The notes: generated by a model from the sequence alone, not told the origin. Positions 38,439 through 52,739 are shown, counted from the whole stretch's first letter. The stretch: 63,145 nt of DNA, filler included, from Octopus bimaculoides (GCF_001194135.2; 5 parts of 5 records of this genome joined end to end with filler, not necessarily neighbours in it); one strand, 5' to 3'. A program made the numbers and translations.

Positions 38439-38838
38439 CACAGGAGTGGCTGCATGGTAAGTAGCTTGCTTACCAACCACATGGTTCTAGTTTCTGTCCC
38501 ACTGTGTGACACCTTGTGCAGGTGTCTTCTACTATAGCCTCGGGCCAACCAAAGCCTTGTGAGTGGATTTGGTAGACGGAAACTGAAAGAAGCCTGTCGA
38601 ATATATGTGTGTGTGTTGTGTGTGTGTGCGTATGTGTGAGTGTGTGTGTTTGTCCCCCCCATCATCACTTGACAACTGATGTTGGTGTGTTTACTTCCCC
38701 ATAACTTAGCAGTTCAGCAAAACACACTGATAGAATAAGTAGTAAACTTACAAAGAATAAGTCTTGAGGTCTATTTCTTCAACTAAAGGTGGTGCTCTAG
38801 CATGTCCGCAATCAAATGGCTGAAACAAGTAAAAGAAT
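38437..38838 (+). mobile_element. tRNA-derived SINE, near full length
   Basis: tRNA-like head, CORE-like domain, (TG)n spacer, LINE-like 3' tail. Confidence 0.85.
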
Positions 38839-39522
38839 NNNNNNNNNNNNNNNNNNNNNNNNNNNNNNNNNNNNNNNNNNNNNNNNNNNNNNNNNNNNNN
38901 NNNNNNNNNNNNNNNNNNNNNNNNNNNNNNNNNNNNNNNNNNNNNNNNNNNNNNNNNNNNNNNNNNNNNNNNNNNNNNNNNNNNNNNNNNNNNNNNNNNN
39001 NNNNNNNNNNNNNNNNNNNNNNNNNNNNNNNNNNNNNNNNNNNNNNNNNNNNNNNNNNNNNNNNNNNNNNNNNNNNNNNNNNNNNNNNNNNNNNNNNNNN
39101 NNNNNNNNNNNNNNNNNNNNNNNNNNNNNNNNNNNNNNNNNNNNNNNNNNNNNNNNNNNNNNNNNNNNNNNNNNNNNNNNNNNNNNNNNNNNNNNNNNNN
39201 NNNNNNNNNNNNNNNNNNNNNNNNNNNNNNNNNNNNNNNNNAAAAATCCCTATGGATCACACAGGTTGTAATCCTTTGAAACATATGTAGGAATAAAGTA
39301 TGCGATTATAACATGCGTTTTCTCCAATCCTTAAATTCTTAAATATACTCAAATAACCAAAATTTCAAGGAGTTCCTGCCTTAAAAATAGGAACTAAACC
39401 ACAGTTATTTTGTGTTCTTTGCTACATTGGTTTCTATTAACCCATTTATTCTATCTGAAAAAATTTTATTCATTAAGATAGAAGAAATACACATAATTAT
39501 ATATATATATATATATATATAT

Positions 39523-42500
39523 TATCATCATTTAATGTCCACTTTCCATGCTAGCATGGGTTGGGCAATTTGCTCTGAGAACTAGCGAACCAGATGGTAG
39601 CACCAGGCTCCAAACTGATTTGGCAGAGTTTCTACAGCTGGATGCCCTTCCTAATGCCAACCACTCCAAGAGTGTAGTGGGTGCTTTTATATGCCACTGG
39701 CACGAGGGCCAGTTAGGCAGTACTGGCAACAGCCATGCTCAAATGGTGTTTTTTACATGTCACTTGCACAGGAGCCAGTCCAGCAGCATTGGCAACGACC
39801 TCGCTTGAATGTTTTATTCATGTGCCACCGGCACAAGTGCCAGTAAGGCGACGCTGGTGATGATCATGCTCAAATGGTGCTTTTTACGTGCCACCAGCAT
39901 GGAAGCCAACGATCACGCTCGGACGGTGCTGTTAGCGCTCCACTACCACAGGTGCCAGTCATCGAATTTGGTTCACTTGCCTCAACAGATCTTTGCAAGC
40001 AGAGTTTAGTGTCCAATGGAGGAAAGATACACGTAAGTGGGTTGGATACACCCCTGGTAAATGCCACGGGTTATGGTCTCACTTGGCTAGCCGGGTCTTC
40101 TCATGCACAGCATGTTTCCAAAGGTCTTGGTCACTAGTCATTGCCTCGGTGCGGCCTAATGTTTGAAGGTTGTGCTTCACCACCTCATCCAATGTCTTCC
40201 TGGGTCTACCTCTTTTACAGGTTTCCTCAACTGCTAGGGTGTGGCACTTTTACACACAGCTACCCTCATCCATTCTCGCCACATGACCATACCAGCGCAA
40301 TCGTCTCTCTTGCACACCACAACTGATGCTTCTTAGGTTCAACTTTTCTCTCAAGGTACTTATACTCTGTCGAGTATGCACACTGACATTACACATCCAT
40401 CTGAGCATACTAGCTTCATTCCTTGCGAGCTTATGCATGTCCTCAGCAGTCATGGCCCATGTTTCATGCCATGTAGCATGGCTGTTTGTACACATGCATC
40501 ATACAATCTGCCTTTTACTCTCAGTGAGAGGCCATTTGTCACCAGCAGATGTAAGATCTCTCTGAAGTTTTCCCAGGCTATTCTTATTCTAGCAGCTATA
40601 CTTTCAGTGCACCCTCCCCCACTACTGACTTGATGACATAGGTAACGGAAGCTATCAACTACTACTATTTTTTCACACTGGAATGTGTCGGAAGTTGTTC
40701 TCTGCTCCTGAGCATCTGCCACATACAAAAACTATCTTCCCAGTTAGCCTTCCTTTGATATTGCTGCACCTCTTCTGTGTCCATAGCTTACACTGGGTAC
40801 ATCTTATAGAGTTTCCAGCTATGCCTTTTCTACAGATTGAGCTGGGCCATCAACCTGAAGGGGTTTGTGGTTTGTCTACCTTCTTACTTATTAGGACTTT
40901 GGTTTTAGCTAGGTTGACTCTAAGGCTCTTCGATTCTAATCCTTGCTTTCACACCTGAAACCTCCTCTAGTTCTGATAGTAAATCAGTAACTAGAGCAAG
41001 GTCATCAGTATAGAGGAGCTCCCAGAGGCATTCTGTCCTGAATTCCTCTGTTATTGCCTGGAGGACTATGATAGATAGGAGGGGGCTGAGGACTGAGCCT
41101 TGGTGGACCCCTACCTCTACCCGGAATTCTTCACTGTACACGTTGCCAACCCTCACCTTCCTGACAGCGTCCCTGTACATGGCTCGCACAGCTCTCACTA
41201 ACCATTCATCTATCCCTAGTTTTCTCATTGACCACCAGATAAGGGAACGGGGGACCATGTCAAAGGCTTTCTCCATGTCAACGAAAGCCAGGTACAGAGG
41301 TTTGTTATTGGCTAGGTGTTTTTCCTGTAGCTGTCTTACCAGAAATATAACATCAGTGGTGCTTTTCCCTGGCACGAACCCAAACTGCATCTCATTTAAA
41401 CTGCCTCTCTCTCTAATTAGTTGGGCTATGACCCTCTCCATGACTTTCATTACCTGATCCAACAACATGATTCCTCTGTAATTATTTGTATCTAAAGCAT
41501 CACCTTTATCTTTGTAGCAGTTGACTATGGTACTGCTACACCAGTCATTGGGTATGACTCTTTTGTGTATCACCTGGTTAACTATATGGGTGACTAGGCT
41601 ATAGCCGACACTGACAGATAATTTGAGCATCTCTGCAGTGATTCCTGATGGGCCGGTGGCTTTCCCTGTCTTGATACTCATAATTGCTTTATCTACCATG
41701 GAACTATCAATTCGGATAGCTAGTCCCTCTGTTGGGTCGACAGATGGCAGACTCTCTTTCTCCCATTCATTCTCTTTATTGAGCAACCTTTCATAGTGGC
41801 ATCACCAAACCTCTCTCTTTGCAGTTTCATTTAGGGCAAGTGAACCATCATCCATATGGACACATTTCTCTCCTACATCACGATTCTCTCTCACACACCA
41901 TCTTGCAACATGAAATACCTCAAGTCTTTGGTCCTCACAGCGCAGAACATTGGCAATTTTTTTCTTATCTGCTTCCCCTCTGGCTAAATAAGCATGTCTT
42001 CTAGCTTCCTTTCTGGCAGTCTGATACAATTTTCTGCTACCTCCATTCTTCCAGTCCTTCCAAGCCTATTTCTTTTGTCTAATAGCCCTGTCAACCATAT
42101 CGTTCCATCACCACATTACCTTGGATCGATAGGGGGCTTTGCACCATCCACAAATCTGGTCAGTGGCTCTCAGCAGGTTGTCCCGTAGAAACCTCAAGTT
42201 GTCTTCCATATTATGTGATGCTATATCCCCTTCTATTTCATCTAAGGCTTCAAATAAGATGTCTCTAAATCTCTGTCCATTTGTAGGATCTTTAAGCTTC
42301 CAGACCCTTTTCCTCCAAGCTGGTCTTCTTCTGGGTATCCATTTAGCCCTGATCCCGAAGTCGTTAACTACTAATCTATTTTGAGGGGTACATTCTTCGC
42401 CTGGGAAGGTTATGGCTTTTATAAGCATCGCAGAACTCCAGCAGTCTGGTTCCCTCCTCATTGCAGGGACCAAAGTCATAGCCTCCATGTACGCCATGGA

Positions 42501-43080
42501 AGCCCCCTGCATGTAGTCCAACATGCCCATTGACGTCACCAGCCACAAAGAGAAGGTCCCATTTCTCCACAAGAAGTATACCAATGCCCCTGACCCTGTC
42601 AGTGTTCCCTGCCTAGAAAATCTTGTACCTGTGTTCTTTGCCAATGAGGAACCCAGCGGAACCGCCTCTCCACCTTACTTCTTGGATGCACAAATCTACA
42701 CGTCTCCATTTAAACCTCTCAACAATCTCACCAGACCAACCTTTCAGTGTGCCGACATTGAGTGTGCCAACTCTGCGGGTGTAGGAGGTGTGGGCCTGTG
42801 AGACCCTGGGATGAGGGACAGCAGTGTCATATACCTGAAAAGAAAGCTTGCATTTGGCAGAATTCATAAACAGACAATAGCCTACAACCTGTATACACTA
42901 CACCATTTTTATGCGCTATATGATTGATAGACCCTAGGTAGGGATGGGGATGGCGTTAGGCCCTTAGAAGTGTTCGTGGGAGACAACCAAGGATGACAGA
43001 GGATAGGAACTTCTGGTACAGATGTGGGGGGGGGGGGCGTACCCTGAGCCAGCAAGTTTAGACGAGAGCATCTTCTGCAC
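39523..43080 (-). mobile_element. Near full-length RTE-clade LINE (APE endonuclease + RT), degenerate
   Basis: RVGTLNVGTL, IQEVRW, AGDVNGHVG and ORF 40920-41786 RT motifs. Confidence 0.92.
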
Positions 43081-43277
43081 TTGTATACTACGGTCAGCCA
43101 AATTTATACAAATTTAGATAGAATGAATTAACGAAATGATAAACTTGAATAAAATAAATAAAATGTGACAATTAACGTATATGCATGAACTTAAGACAAA
43201 CAACAAGGAAGACGAAGCTATGGGAACTATGTTTACATGGTGTGGTGTGTGCGTACGAGTAGATGTAATCGCCTTAC

Positions 43278-43520
43278 CTCGGTTTTCCTTTCCTCGACTG
43301 CGAGTCCGTCTTGCGGTATCCGATCCTTGAAGCTTGCCCCGACCCAAAGTACACCAGGAATAGCAGCTGCTTCTCCCAAACCTAGACCGTCGTTTAACAC
43401 GTCTTGACCGCAGCCCCGTTCGAAAAGGGCACGAATGCCGATCGAGGCTCCCTCTGCCCTTTTTCCCCTTCCGGTCGACTCGCCCTTCCGGTCAGCCTCC
43501 CCAGACACTGACGTCATACC
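43278..43520 (-). promoter_or_regulatory. CpG-rich promoter/first-exon candidate
   Basis: CRE TGACGTCA (43509-16), two CCGGAAG ETS motifs (43468-74, 43485-91), locally high CpG content, donor GAG|GTAAGG at 43278/43277. Confidence 0.55.
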
Positions 43521-43725
43521 ACACATGNNNNNNNNNNNNNNNNNNNNNNNNNNNNNNNNNNNNNNNNNNNNTTAATTAATTAANNNNNNNNNNNNNNNNN
43601 NNNNNNNNNNNNNNNNNNNNNNNNNNNAAATGAATAATACATAGTCTATTGACTGTTTTTTTACTCTCGCTAGACCACTGGTGGTAAATAAAATTTCTAA
43701 AATTTTTTTACTACCCTATAATTTA

Positions 43726-43773
<48 letters not shown>

Positions 43774-43779
43774 TATATA

Positions 43780-43950
43780 TATATATCTTTGTGTGTGTGT
43801 GTGTTTGTGCTTGAGTTTGTCCCCCACTAACGCTTGACAACCGGCGATAAAGACTGATGGAATAAATATCCGGGTTAAATAAATACAAATATCGGGGCCG
43901 ATTCATCCGACTAAAAATTCTTCAGGGTCTTACTCTAGCATGGCCGTAGC
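43780..43950 (+). mobile_element. Degenerate SINE 3' half
   Basis: TTTGTCCCCC..CGCTTGACAACC...CTAGCATGGCCG, like 38650-38830. Confidence 0.6.
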
Positions 43951-44059
43951 CAGATGTACGTGTGGGTTGTCCCGAAAGCATATGCTAACATTGACAGAAG
44001 TGCACTTCTTCCCATTGTTTCATCGCAATCAACTAAGGTATTCCAAACAGAAGCAATAC

Positions 44060-44200
44060 GCAGATCTGCTACGTTCTGAGTTCAAATATCGCGGAGTTGA
44101 CTCAGCTTTTCATCTTTTCAGGTGTTGATAAAATAACTACCTGTCGAGTACTGGAGTCGATGTAATCGACCAAGCGCTTGTGCCGAAATTTGAAACCAAT
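44060..44200 (+). mobile_element. SINE remnant with Deu/Nin-like domain
   Basis: GTTCAAAT...GACTCAGCTTTTCATCTTTTCAGGTGTTGATAAAATAACTACC resembles the Deu/Nin domain as recalled. Confidence 0.55.
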
Positions 44201-45530
44201 ATCTGTAACATCATTTTTGTAATTACTGTTTTGTGGGGTCTTGCATGTGGCTAAATGAAGCACTATTATAGTGTGCAACGATTTCTTTGAATACGGATAT
44301 CCTAAATTTTATACCGGTGCATGTTTTGCTTGTTAACATAGTTCGTCAGTGTAATTGACACTTTATGGATAACATATCCTGCTAGGCTAAAGGAAAAGTT
44401 ACACTTGTTTTGCGGGCCATTAATATGCGCGAGTTATGTCTATTATAAGTGAAACTGTGTTGTGGAGACGAGGCTGTACAGGATTGCAATAAAACACCAT
44501 TCATTTTTTTTATATATAGTAATGCTAGTTTGTCGGAGAACGTCGCTGAAAAGTTCTCTTTTCTTTTTCAAAGACAACATCATTGCAATCAGCCTTCTCC
44601 GAGATGAGATAAATGCTATAGTATCTCAGTTCTGCGTTGTGGCGGCTTCCAGAGTACTCTCTGTGATTCTGAGAGCATTCAGTCAACGGCTGTTACACGT
44701 AAACGCACGCGCGCACGCACACACACTTTCACACAAACACATACATACATACACTTGTGTATGTATGTGTGTATGTATGTATGTGTTCATATATATTCTT
44801 GGAGAGAAATAAATCTATTAAATGTCTGGAATGATATGAAAGAAGTTTTTGTTTATTAATTATTTCAAAGTTTCTCTGAAAAACGTTAAAGTATATGTAT
44901 ATTTATTAAATTTCTAGACGGAGCAACAACAGTGCAGAAAACAAATTATTTCACATAAACACCTTAAACATTTTTTGTTATTACTATATATAAAAAAAAT
45001 GAATGGCGTTTTATTGCAATCCTGTACATATAAGAAAATTTGGTAAAATGATAAAATAGATTAGTATATTGCCATAACTATTTTTTGTTATAACAACATA
45101 ATAAAGAAAGATTACTCTATTAAGAAAATAGTATAAAAAGAAAACCAGTGATATATTCAGATAATATACTAAAAGGGTTGTAGAAAAAAGAATTCAAAAT
45201 CTTAGCTAATGATATTTTTTGAAAACTACTAAAGTTCAGAACTATAAATCGAAGGTACAACGAAGTGATAATAGTGAAGTAACAGAAAAAGAAATGTAAA
45301 TATAGCATCCACTTTAAACATTACAGTTGCTAATACTTGATTGTTTCTGATAAAGCTGGATATGGACAATTTGTAAGTATGCCTCTAATGAAATATTAAA
45401 CTTGTGCTAAGAGTTTTAAGCAAATGGTTCTTAACTAAAATGGTTGTATGGTTGCGTTGTATTCTTGATAATGTCATTTATTTAACGCTAAAGATATGCA
45501 AACACACACACAACTGATCTCTCTCACTCT

Positions 45531-45543
45531 ATCTATCTATCTA

Positions 45544-45612
<69 letters not shown>
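45531..45612. repeat. (CTAT)n microsatellite
   Basis: Direct reading. Confidence 0.95.
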
Positions 45613-45639
45613 AGTATCATCCCATCTATGTATGTCATT

Positions 45640-45780
45640 ATTCGGTTTTATTCTGAGATTTCTTGCCAATAGAGAAAAAGTCGGCTTTTAACCTAGATCC
45701 AAGGCTTTTTTTATAGGAATTTCAACATCAGCAACAGGGCATTTTTGTATGTATGTATGTATGTATGTATGTATGTATTA
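45640..45780 (-). mobile_element. Short interspersed repeat 3' end with (CATA)n; second copy at 50660-50745(+)
   Basis: Shared AGCCTTGGATCTAGGTTA.AA.CCGACT...ATTGGCAAGAAATCT. Confidence 0.6.
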
Positions 45781-47139
45781 TAAAAAAATATGTTGATGTC
45801 ATACACGTTACCAGAGNNNNNNNNNNTATATATATATATATATAGGGAGAGAGAGAGAGAGAGAGAGAGAGAGGGAAAGAAGATACAAAAAACGATATAA
45901 GATGCAAACATATAGGATGCGATGTGCTGAGATAAATGCAAACACGCACATATGTCTATACAACTATATGTAAACACTTACACACTGAAAGCAAAAGTTA
46001 CGAAATATAGTATTTACCTAAAGTTGGGGAATATGTCACATGAATATATATATCAATGAATAAATAAATAGACTCCGGAGAAGTGAATGTAAGCAACTAA
46101 AGCATGTGAATGACACAGTGGTAACCTTAACATAATGTAATTACCTATTGGTGTTTGTAACTGAAACTCCTAGGAAATGATATGAAGACTGTAGAAATAG
46201 TTGAGTTGTGAACGCAAAAATAACCTACATAATGCAGTAAGATATAGGATAAGCCGAACATTTATAAAAGAAAGCAATGTAAAATTAATATTATAAACAC
46301 GCTTGAGAGTCAAATGGGAAACTATGATAAGAATTTTTTAAAAAATGGATAATTGGAAATAAACTTTAAATAATATTGAAGGCATAAAGAATATGATAGT
46401 AATGCACAAGGTATATTTAAAGGCTTTTCAGTGTAAGTATAAAATATAAGAATGGTGATATTGCTATCTGATTTAGGATGTGGAGAAGGAATAAATCTAA
46501 ATATATTAACAAATGAAAAATGTAAAGACAATCTCGCTATTAAAATTTTAAAATTAATAAATTATTAAAGTGAAGGAAGTAGGTATTGGTTTATGGGGAA
46601 AATGCTTATATTTGAAAAAAAAAAAAAAATTGCAACAATTTATATCTAAATTGTAATTGGTCAACAAATAGACGGATGGTGAGGAAACTAATATATTAAT
46701 GTTAAATGAAGAACAGGAAATACTGGATTAATTGTAGACAAATAGAAAACACTGGAGGCAGGGGAACTCTGTAATAAATAAGGTTTCAAGCTTCTCATGG
46801 TTTAGCCGTTAAGTTACTAATAGATACAGCGATAAAAAGAATAAAGAATTAGCGAATAATTGAAAGCTTAGGAAGATGATTAAAAGTAATGAGAAAAACA
46901 AAAGAGATTAATTATGATCATTATGCATAAGTCAAAGAAGAGCTTTGAAAATAAGAAAGACTGTTGAAAGTAGAGTAAGGAATGTCTTTATACAGGCACA
47001 AGAATTAAAGAGGCAAGGAGAGGGGAAAATATAGATGAGAAGGTGTTTACACACATATATGTGCATACATATATATGCGCGCGTATGTACATTTGTGTGT
47101 GTGTGTGTGTGTTTATATATTTAAAAAAACGATCAAAGG

Positions 47140-47370
47140 TCCTTCTTGAGTCATAGGCTGGTAAGGCCAGTTTTCCGAATTGTGTGACGTATATATTCCT
47201 CCATGACGGAGCACCGTTCTCTCGCAGGATTACACATTTTTACGACTTATGTGGACTAGAGCAATGTAGAATGTACTGTTTTGCTCAAGAACACAACACA
47301 TCGCCCGATCTAGGAATCGAAACCTATCTTAAAATCATGAGTGCAAACACCCTAAACACTAAGCCATGCA
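47140..47370 (-). mobile_element. tRNA-derived SINE (different family)
   Basis: Minus strand TGGCTTAGTG (A box) and TTCGATTCC (B box), followed by GTGTTCTTGAGCAAAAC. Confidence 0.6.
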
Positions 47371-49197
47371 TCTACACACACACACACACGCACACACACA
47401 TATACACACACGCACACACACATATACACACACGCACACACACATATACACACACGCACACACAATTATACACACACGCACACACAATTATACACACACG
47501 CACACACATATGCTTAATGAGTGTGTGTGTGTTTGTGCGCGCGCGTGGACACTCGTAGATATGAAATCTTGTCACAGTATTTCCGTCTAATAAAGAACCC
47601 GAGACTATTACAAGAAACATATTCCCAATTGCGAAGTGAAATTGATTCCGTAACTTTGTGGCTGCAAAGGGAATATCTTAAACTACAAATCCATGACGCT
47701 AAGACCCGTGTTCAACGTTAACTAAATAGACGGCAGAAGAGAATTGCTATCTATACACACAAACACATTCACGCCTCACAGGCGTACGCGCACATATTCA
47801 CAAAATCACTTAGTATTTGAAATGGAAACATCTGTAAACACTGACAGACATTTAATCCGACTCTGAACTGCTTCTGGGATCAGGCCATTGTTGGCATCTT
47901 TTGATTATAACCAATATTGATAATTATTTAAATGGGAGATATAAAACCAATTGTCCCTTTTGTAATGACAATAATGTGTTTGTTTAAGGAGGTATGACTA
48001 TTATATTTGAGCAAAACGAGGGGCTACTTTGATGCTTCCCTCTTCGAACTCTTCCGCAATGCTCAGTCGGTGGAACATCAGACTTCTAACATTTATGCAT
48101 ATGCTGTTGCATGCATAACTTTTGTGGACATTAGTTAGGGTTCGTGTCCATGAAGGAGCGTGCATATAACAGACCGTGCATATGATAGACTGTGCATGTG
48201 AAGTGGATGGTGTGAGGTTGTGTGGAGTCGAGTATTTCGAATTATGCTTATCCAGGCTTGAATGTTTAGTTTTGTATGTGGGAGTATGTATTTGTGTGTA
48301 TGTGTGTATGTATGCGTATGACAGACAATGTGTTGAGAGCGTGAGCGGCTACGTCTGTATATGTTTTTCTATAACAATATGTGTGTGAGCATGTCATGAT
48401 ATGTGTACACGCAATTTAAATTATCACAGTAGATATATTCATGTGAGTGCGAGTCTGAAGTTGTATTTGAATTTGTGTGAATACTAAGAAATGTGTGCGT
48501 TTCATAATAACGCATTTCCATCTCTCTCTTTTCGCTGCTAATGGAATTGTTGCACGGATGTCAGTGATGGTTCTTGTGATACCATGAAATCAAGTGATTG
48601 GATTGGCATTCAGCCCTTTGGACCATTACACATACCACCCGCTCACATACATACACTCACATATACGCACGTACACAGAATATCTGACGATATAATTCTC
48701 TCTCCTCACATAAATATGAAAGCATATTTGGTATTGTTGCGTTCCTGTCAACACTAAATGTCAAGTGCATTGAGAGCAGTGACAACCACTCATAATTTCT
48801 TGGTATTTGTACAAATACCGAAATACTTTCTCACACAACACATGCACACATTGTTTCCATCTGAGGAAGAGGGGCTATCAATGGAATTCTCCCATTTATA
48901 TAAGTTGTCGGCGTTGCAAAATAAGATTATTACAAACTTTAACCCTAGTGTCCAAGGAAAAAGAAAATGAGAACGAACTGGAGCTGTGTTTTTAACAATA
49001 CCTGCTATTTCTGTAAACCTCACACATTATAATTCATAATTTAACACTATCTTTAATGCAGAGAGGTGTTATTATGCAAATAGATGTTTCTCAAGTCATA
49101 CTCTCTGTATGGTATCTATCAATTAATAAAATAAAACAAACGCTGTCTTCATTGAAATGTCACCTAAAAACGACAGAGGTTACAATATCAACAAACA

Positions 49198-49232
<35 letters not shown>

Positions 49233-49747
49233 NNNNNNNNNNNNNNNNNNNNNNNNNNNNNNNNNNNNNNNNNNNNNNNNNNNNNNNNNNNNNNNNNNNN
49301 NNNNNNNNNNNNNNNNNNNNNNNNNNNNNNNNNNNNNNNNNNNNNNNNNNNNNNNNNNNNNNNNNNNNNNNNNNNNNNNNNNNNNNNNNNNNNNNNNNNN
49401 NNNNNNNNNNNNNNNNNNNNNNNNNNNNNNNNNNNNNNNNNNNNNNNNNNNNNNNNNNNNNNNNNNNNNNNNNNNNNNNNNNNNNNNNNNNNNNNNNNNN
49501 NNNNNNNNNNNNNNNNNNNNNNNNNNNNNNNNNNNNNNNNNNNNNNNNNNNNNNNNNNNNNNNNNNNNNNNNNNNNNNNNNNNNNNNNNNNNNNNNNNNN
49601 NNNNNNNNNNNNNNNNNNNNNNNNNNNNNNNNNNNNNNNNNNNNNNNNNNNNNNNNNNNNNNNNNNNNNNNNNNNNNNNNNNNNNNNNNNNNNNNNNNNN
49701 NNNNNNNNNNNNNNNNNNNNNNNNNNNNNNNNNNNNNNNNNNNNNNN

Positions 49748-49790
<43 letters not shown>

Positions 49791-50333
49791 AACGGGGAGT
49801 GAGCGCACACACGCATATATAGATATATGTGTGAGTGTGGGTGTGTTCATGGAGAGATATGTGTTGTGTATACGAAATTTAGGTCAACTTCAAGATATTC
49901 ACGATCGTTTCTACTTGAGAACGTAGTCAACTTGAAGGTTAACTTATAAAATATAATTAGAAAATATTGACTTTCAACATCTAGGTTTGACATTTAGTTA
50001 CAGAATTGGGTGTAAAAGTACAAATGAATGATTATATTTTCCTCAACCTATTCCTAGTACTTGAACAGTGCCTGAATGTTCACACACACTCACACACACA
50101 TACACACAAAAGGACAAGTAGACACACTTACATATATATTCCGCGTAGAAGCCCTCTGTGCAATCAGTGCGGATAGTGTCTATTTACGCAATAGCTATAA
50201 CATTTTGTTATAAAATACAAACTTAAGGGATTTTCAATGCACACACACGCATATTGAAAGATCTAAAAATCTCTTAAGGTTATTTTTGATAACAATATGT
50301 TTATATATACATATACATATACATGCACACACA

Positions 50334-50540
50334 CATAATTGCCTACGGGCATATGGCGTAGTGGTTAAATGCGCGGGCTACTAACCCTAAGATTCCAAGT
50401 TTGATTCCAGGCAGTGACGTGAACAATAATGATAATAATGAGAACTCAGGTTCGAAATTTCCCCAAGATGAGGACAAATATAGATAATGTAAATATTTTA
50501 AATAATGTACATAATCCCTCATCTCTTAAATATAGAACTG
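50334..50540 (+). mobile_element. tRNA-HHR cassette with the hammerhead deleted
   Basis: CATAATTGCCTAC-GGGCATATGGCGTAGTGG...CCCCAAGA|TGAGG...AGAACTG. Confidence 0.85.
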
Positions 50541-50764
50541 TATACATATACATATATGCATACATTTATATGCATATACGTAAATAAAACTACGTACTGA
50601 TCAAAATGTAGAAATAAGTGTATACATACGTATATATCTACACACACATACATACATATATACATACATACATTGCAATGAAAGAGCCTTGGATCTAGGT
50701 TAGAAACCGACTCTTTCTTTATTGGCAAGAAATCTTGAAATATTTCTGAATATTTCTACATAGC

Positions 50765-50870
50765 TGAGCGGGCGAGAATCCTAAAGGACTCCTACAAACC
50801 AGGGAACATCTTTAACTCCAGAACGGAGATTTTCGGGCAATGTTTACACTTTAAGAGGATCCTGTTAGCT
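50765..50870 (+). pseudogene. PLE (Naiad-like) GIY-YIG C-terminal remnant
   Basis: Manual translation ERARILKDSYKPGNIFNSRTEIFGQCLHFKRILL (N.R.E...C.H pattern). Confidence 0.5.
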
Positions 50871-51770
50871 TTTTGGAGCCCACAAGATGGCGGCACACCC
50901 GGATAATTCCTATTGCTACGTTTGAGTAGTGAGGCGTTTCCTCTTTCACATTTTTAAGTGGTCTTGGGCCAAAAGGTTTTAGGATTTAACGGTACACCAT
51001 AAAGCTAAACCGTTTATGGACAGGTACCTGAGGTAATCCCATAAACTGGCCTTACACATCTGTAATATATATATTGTCAAATGGAATCTTGTGAATGTAC
51101 AAACATCTTGTTCATTTTTATAAAACAGATGTATTTTTGGGTTTTGTTTAGATGTGAATATCGGTTTTTGTTTTTCATAACAGCGAAGATAGATATATAG
51201 AAAGATAGGTAGGTAGATAAGTTGATAGATAGATAGATAAATAGATAGATAGTCAGATATATATATATATATAGATATAGATAGATAGATAGAGAGATGG
51301 GGAGAGAGAGGAGGGGAAGGAGCATCCCTCTTCCTAATCACCATTCATTTATTCACTTAGTCGTTTAGCATTGTATTGAAAGGATAGTGACATTATCAAG
51401 AAGAAAAAAACAGCTGAGGTCTGGTCATCACTAAAAGTCCTTTTGCTTTTTTTCTCTCCTTTTCCCTTCTTCTTCTTCTTCTTCTTCTTCTTGTTTTTCT
51501 TCTTTTCTTCTTCTTTCTCTTCTTCTTCCCTTCTTGCTTTTCCCTTTTCTTCCTTTTCTCCTTTTTTCGCGTCTTTTCTTTTTTCCTCTATTTTTTCCTC
51601 CTCATTGGGTTATATTTAGAATACAAAATGTACTGTTTCACCTTCCAAACATTTAATTTTGGAGAGAATTTTTTTAATGAAATGTAGTTCCAGTTCGGTA
51701 TTGCAGATCGTCCCGTCGCTGCATATTTCCAGATGTTTACTTAATGGAATCTTGCGCAATTCCTCTTGTA

Positions 51771-51821
<51 letters not shown>

Positions 51822-52739
51822 NNNNNNNNNNNNNNNNNNNNNNNNNNNNNNNNNNNNNNNNNNNNNNNNNNNNNNNNNNNNNNNNNNNNNNNNNNNNNNN
51901 NNNNNNNNNNNNNNNNNNNNNNNNNNNNNNNNNNNNNNNNNNNNNNNNNNNNNNNNNNNNNNNNNNNNNNNNNNNNNNNNNNNNNNNNNNNNNNNNNNNN
52001 NNNNNNNNNNNNNNNNNNNNNNNNNNNNNNNNNNNNNNNNNNNNNNNNNNNNNNNNNNNNNNNNNNNNNNNNNNNNNNNNNNNNNNNNNNNNNNNNNNNN
52101 NNNNNNNNNNNNNNNNNNNNNNNNNNNNNNNNNNNNNNNNNNNNNNNNNNNNNNNNNNNNNNNNNNNNNNNNNNNNNNNNNNNNNNNNNNNNNNNNNNNN
52201 NNNNNNNNNNNATATACATATATATGTACGCTGTCTGTCAAATAAAAACAGAACCAACATTCATTTAGACATTATCAACGTGGTATTGTGAATATACAAT
52301 TAGCGCACTTGGTGAAGCACCGCCAGAGGAAAATGCAACAATTTAGAATAGCAACGTGCTTCTATGAAATTCTGTTGCAGATTAAGGAAACATTTTACGA
52401 AGACCTTTTTGTAATATTGTAAGATATATATCAGAGACTTGTGCGAGTTGTATGCCACGTCATGATTTGTGCAGCTTTACAAATCGGGAAAGGCACCTAC
52501 TACAAACAAATTCCAAATCTGGACGAAGTTCTATAAGGATGGAACTCGATCGTATTTTGATAGTACGTGTTGTTAACTGAAGGATTTGTCACGTAAATAT
52601 CTGTGAAAATTCCGAAGGTGTAGGTATTAGTAAATTGGAGAAGCATTTTGGTGCAGGACAAACCAATGCATCTGGCAGATGAACAAAAATAGAATCGAGT
52701 CACAATTTATCAGGAGCTGTCCAAATATTCACATCATGA

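Noticed and set aside
50885-50900. CAAGATGGCGGC (YY1/start-codon-like motif)
   Set aside because: The frame closes after 12 codons and it lies just behind a PLE endonuclease remnant.
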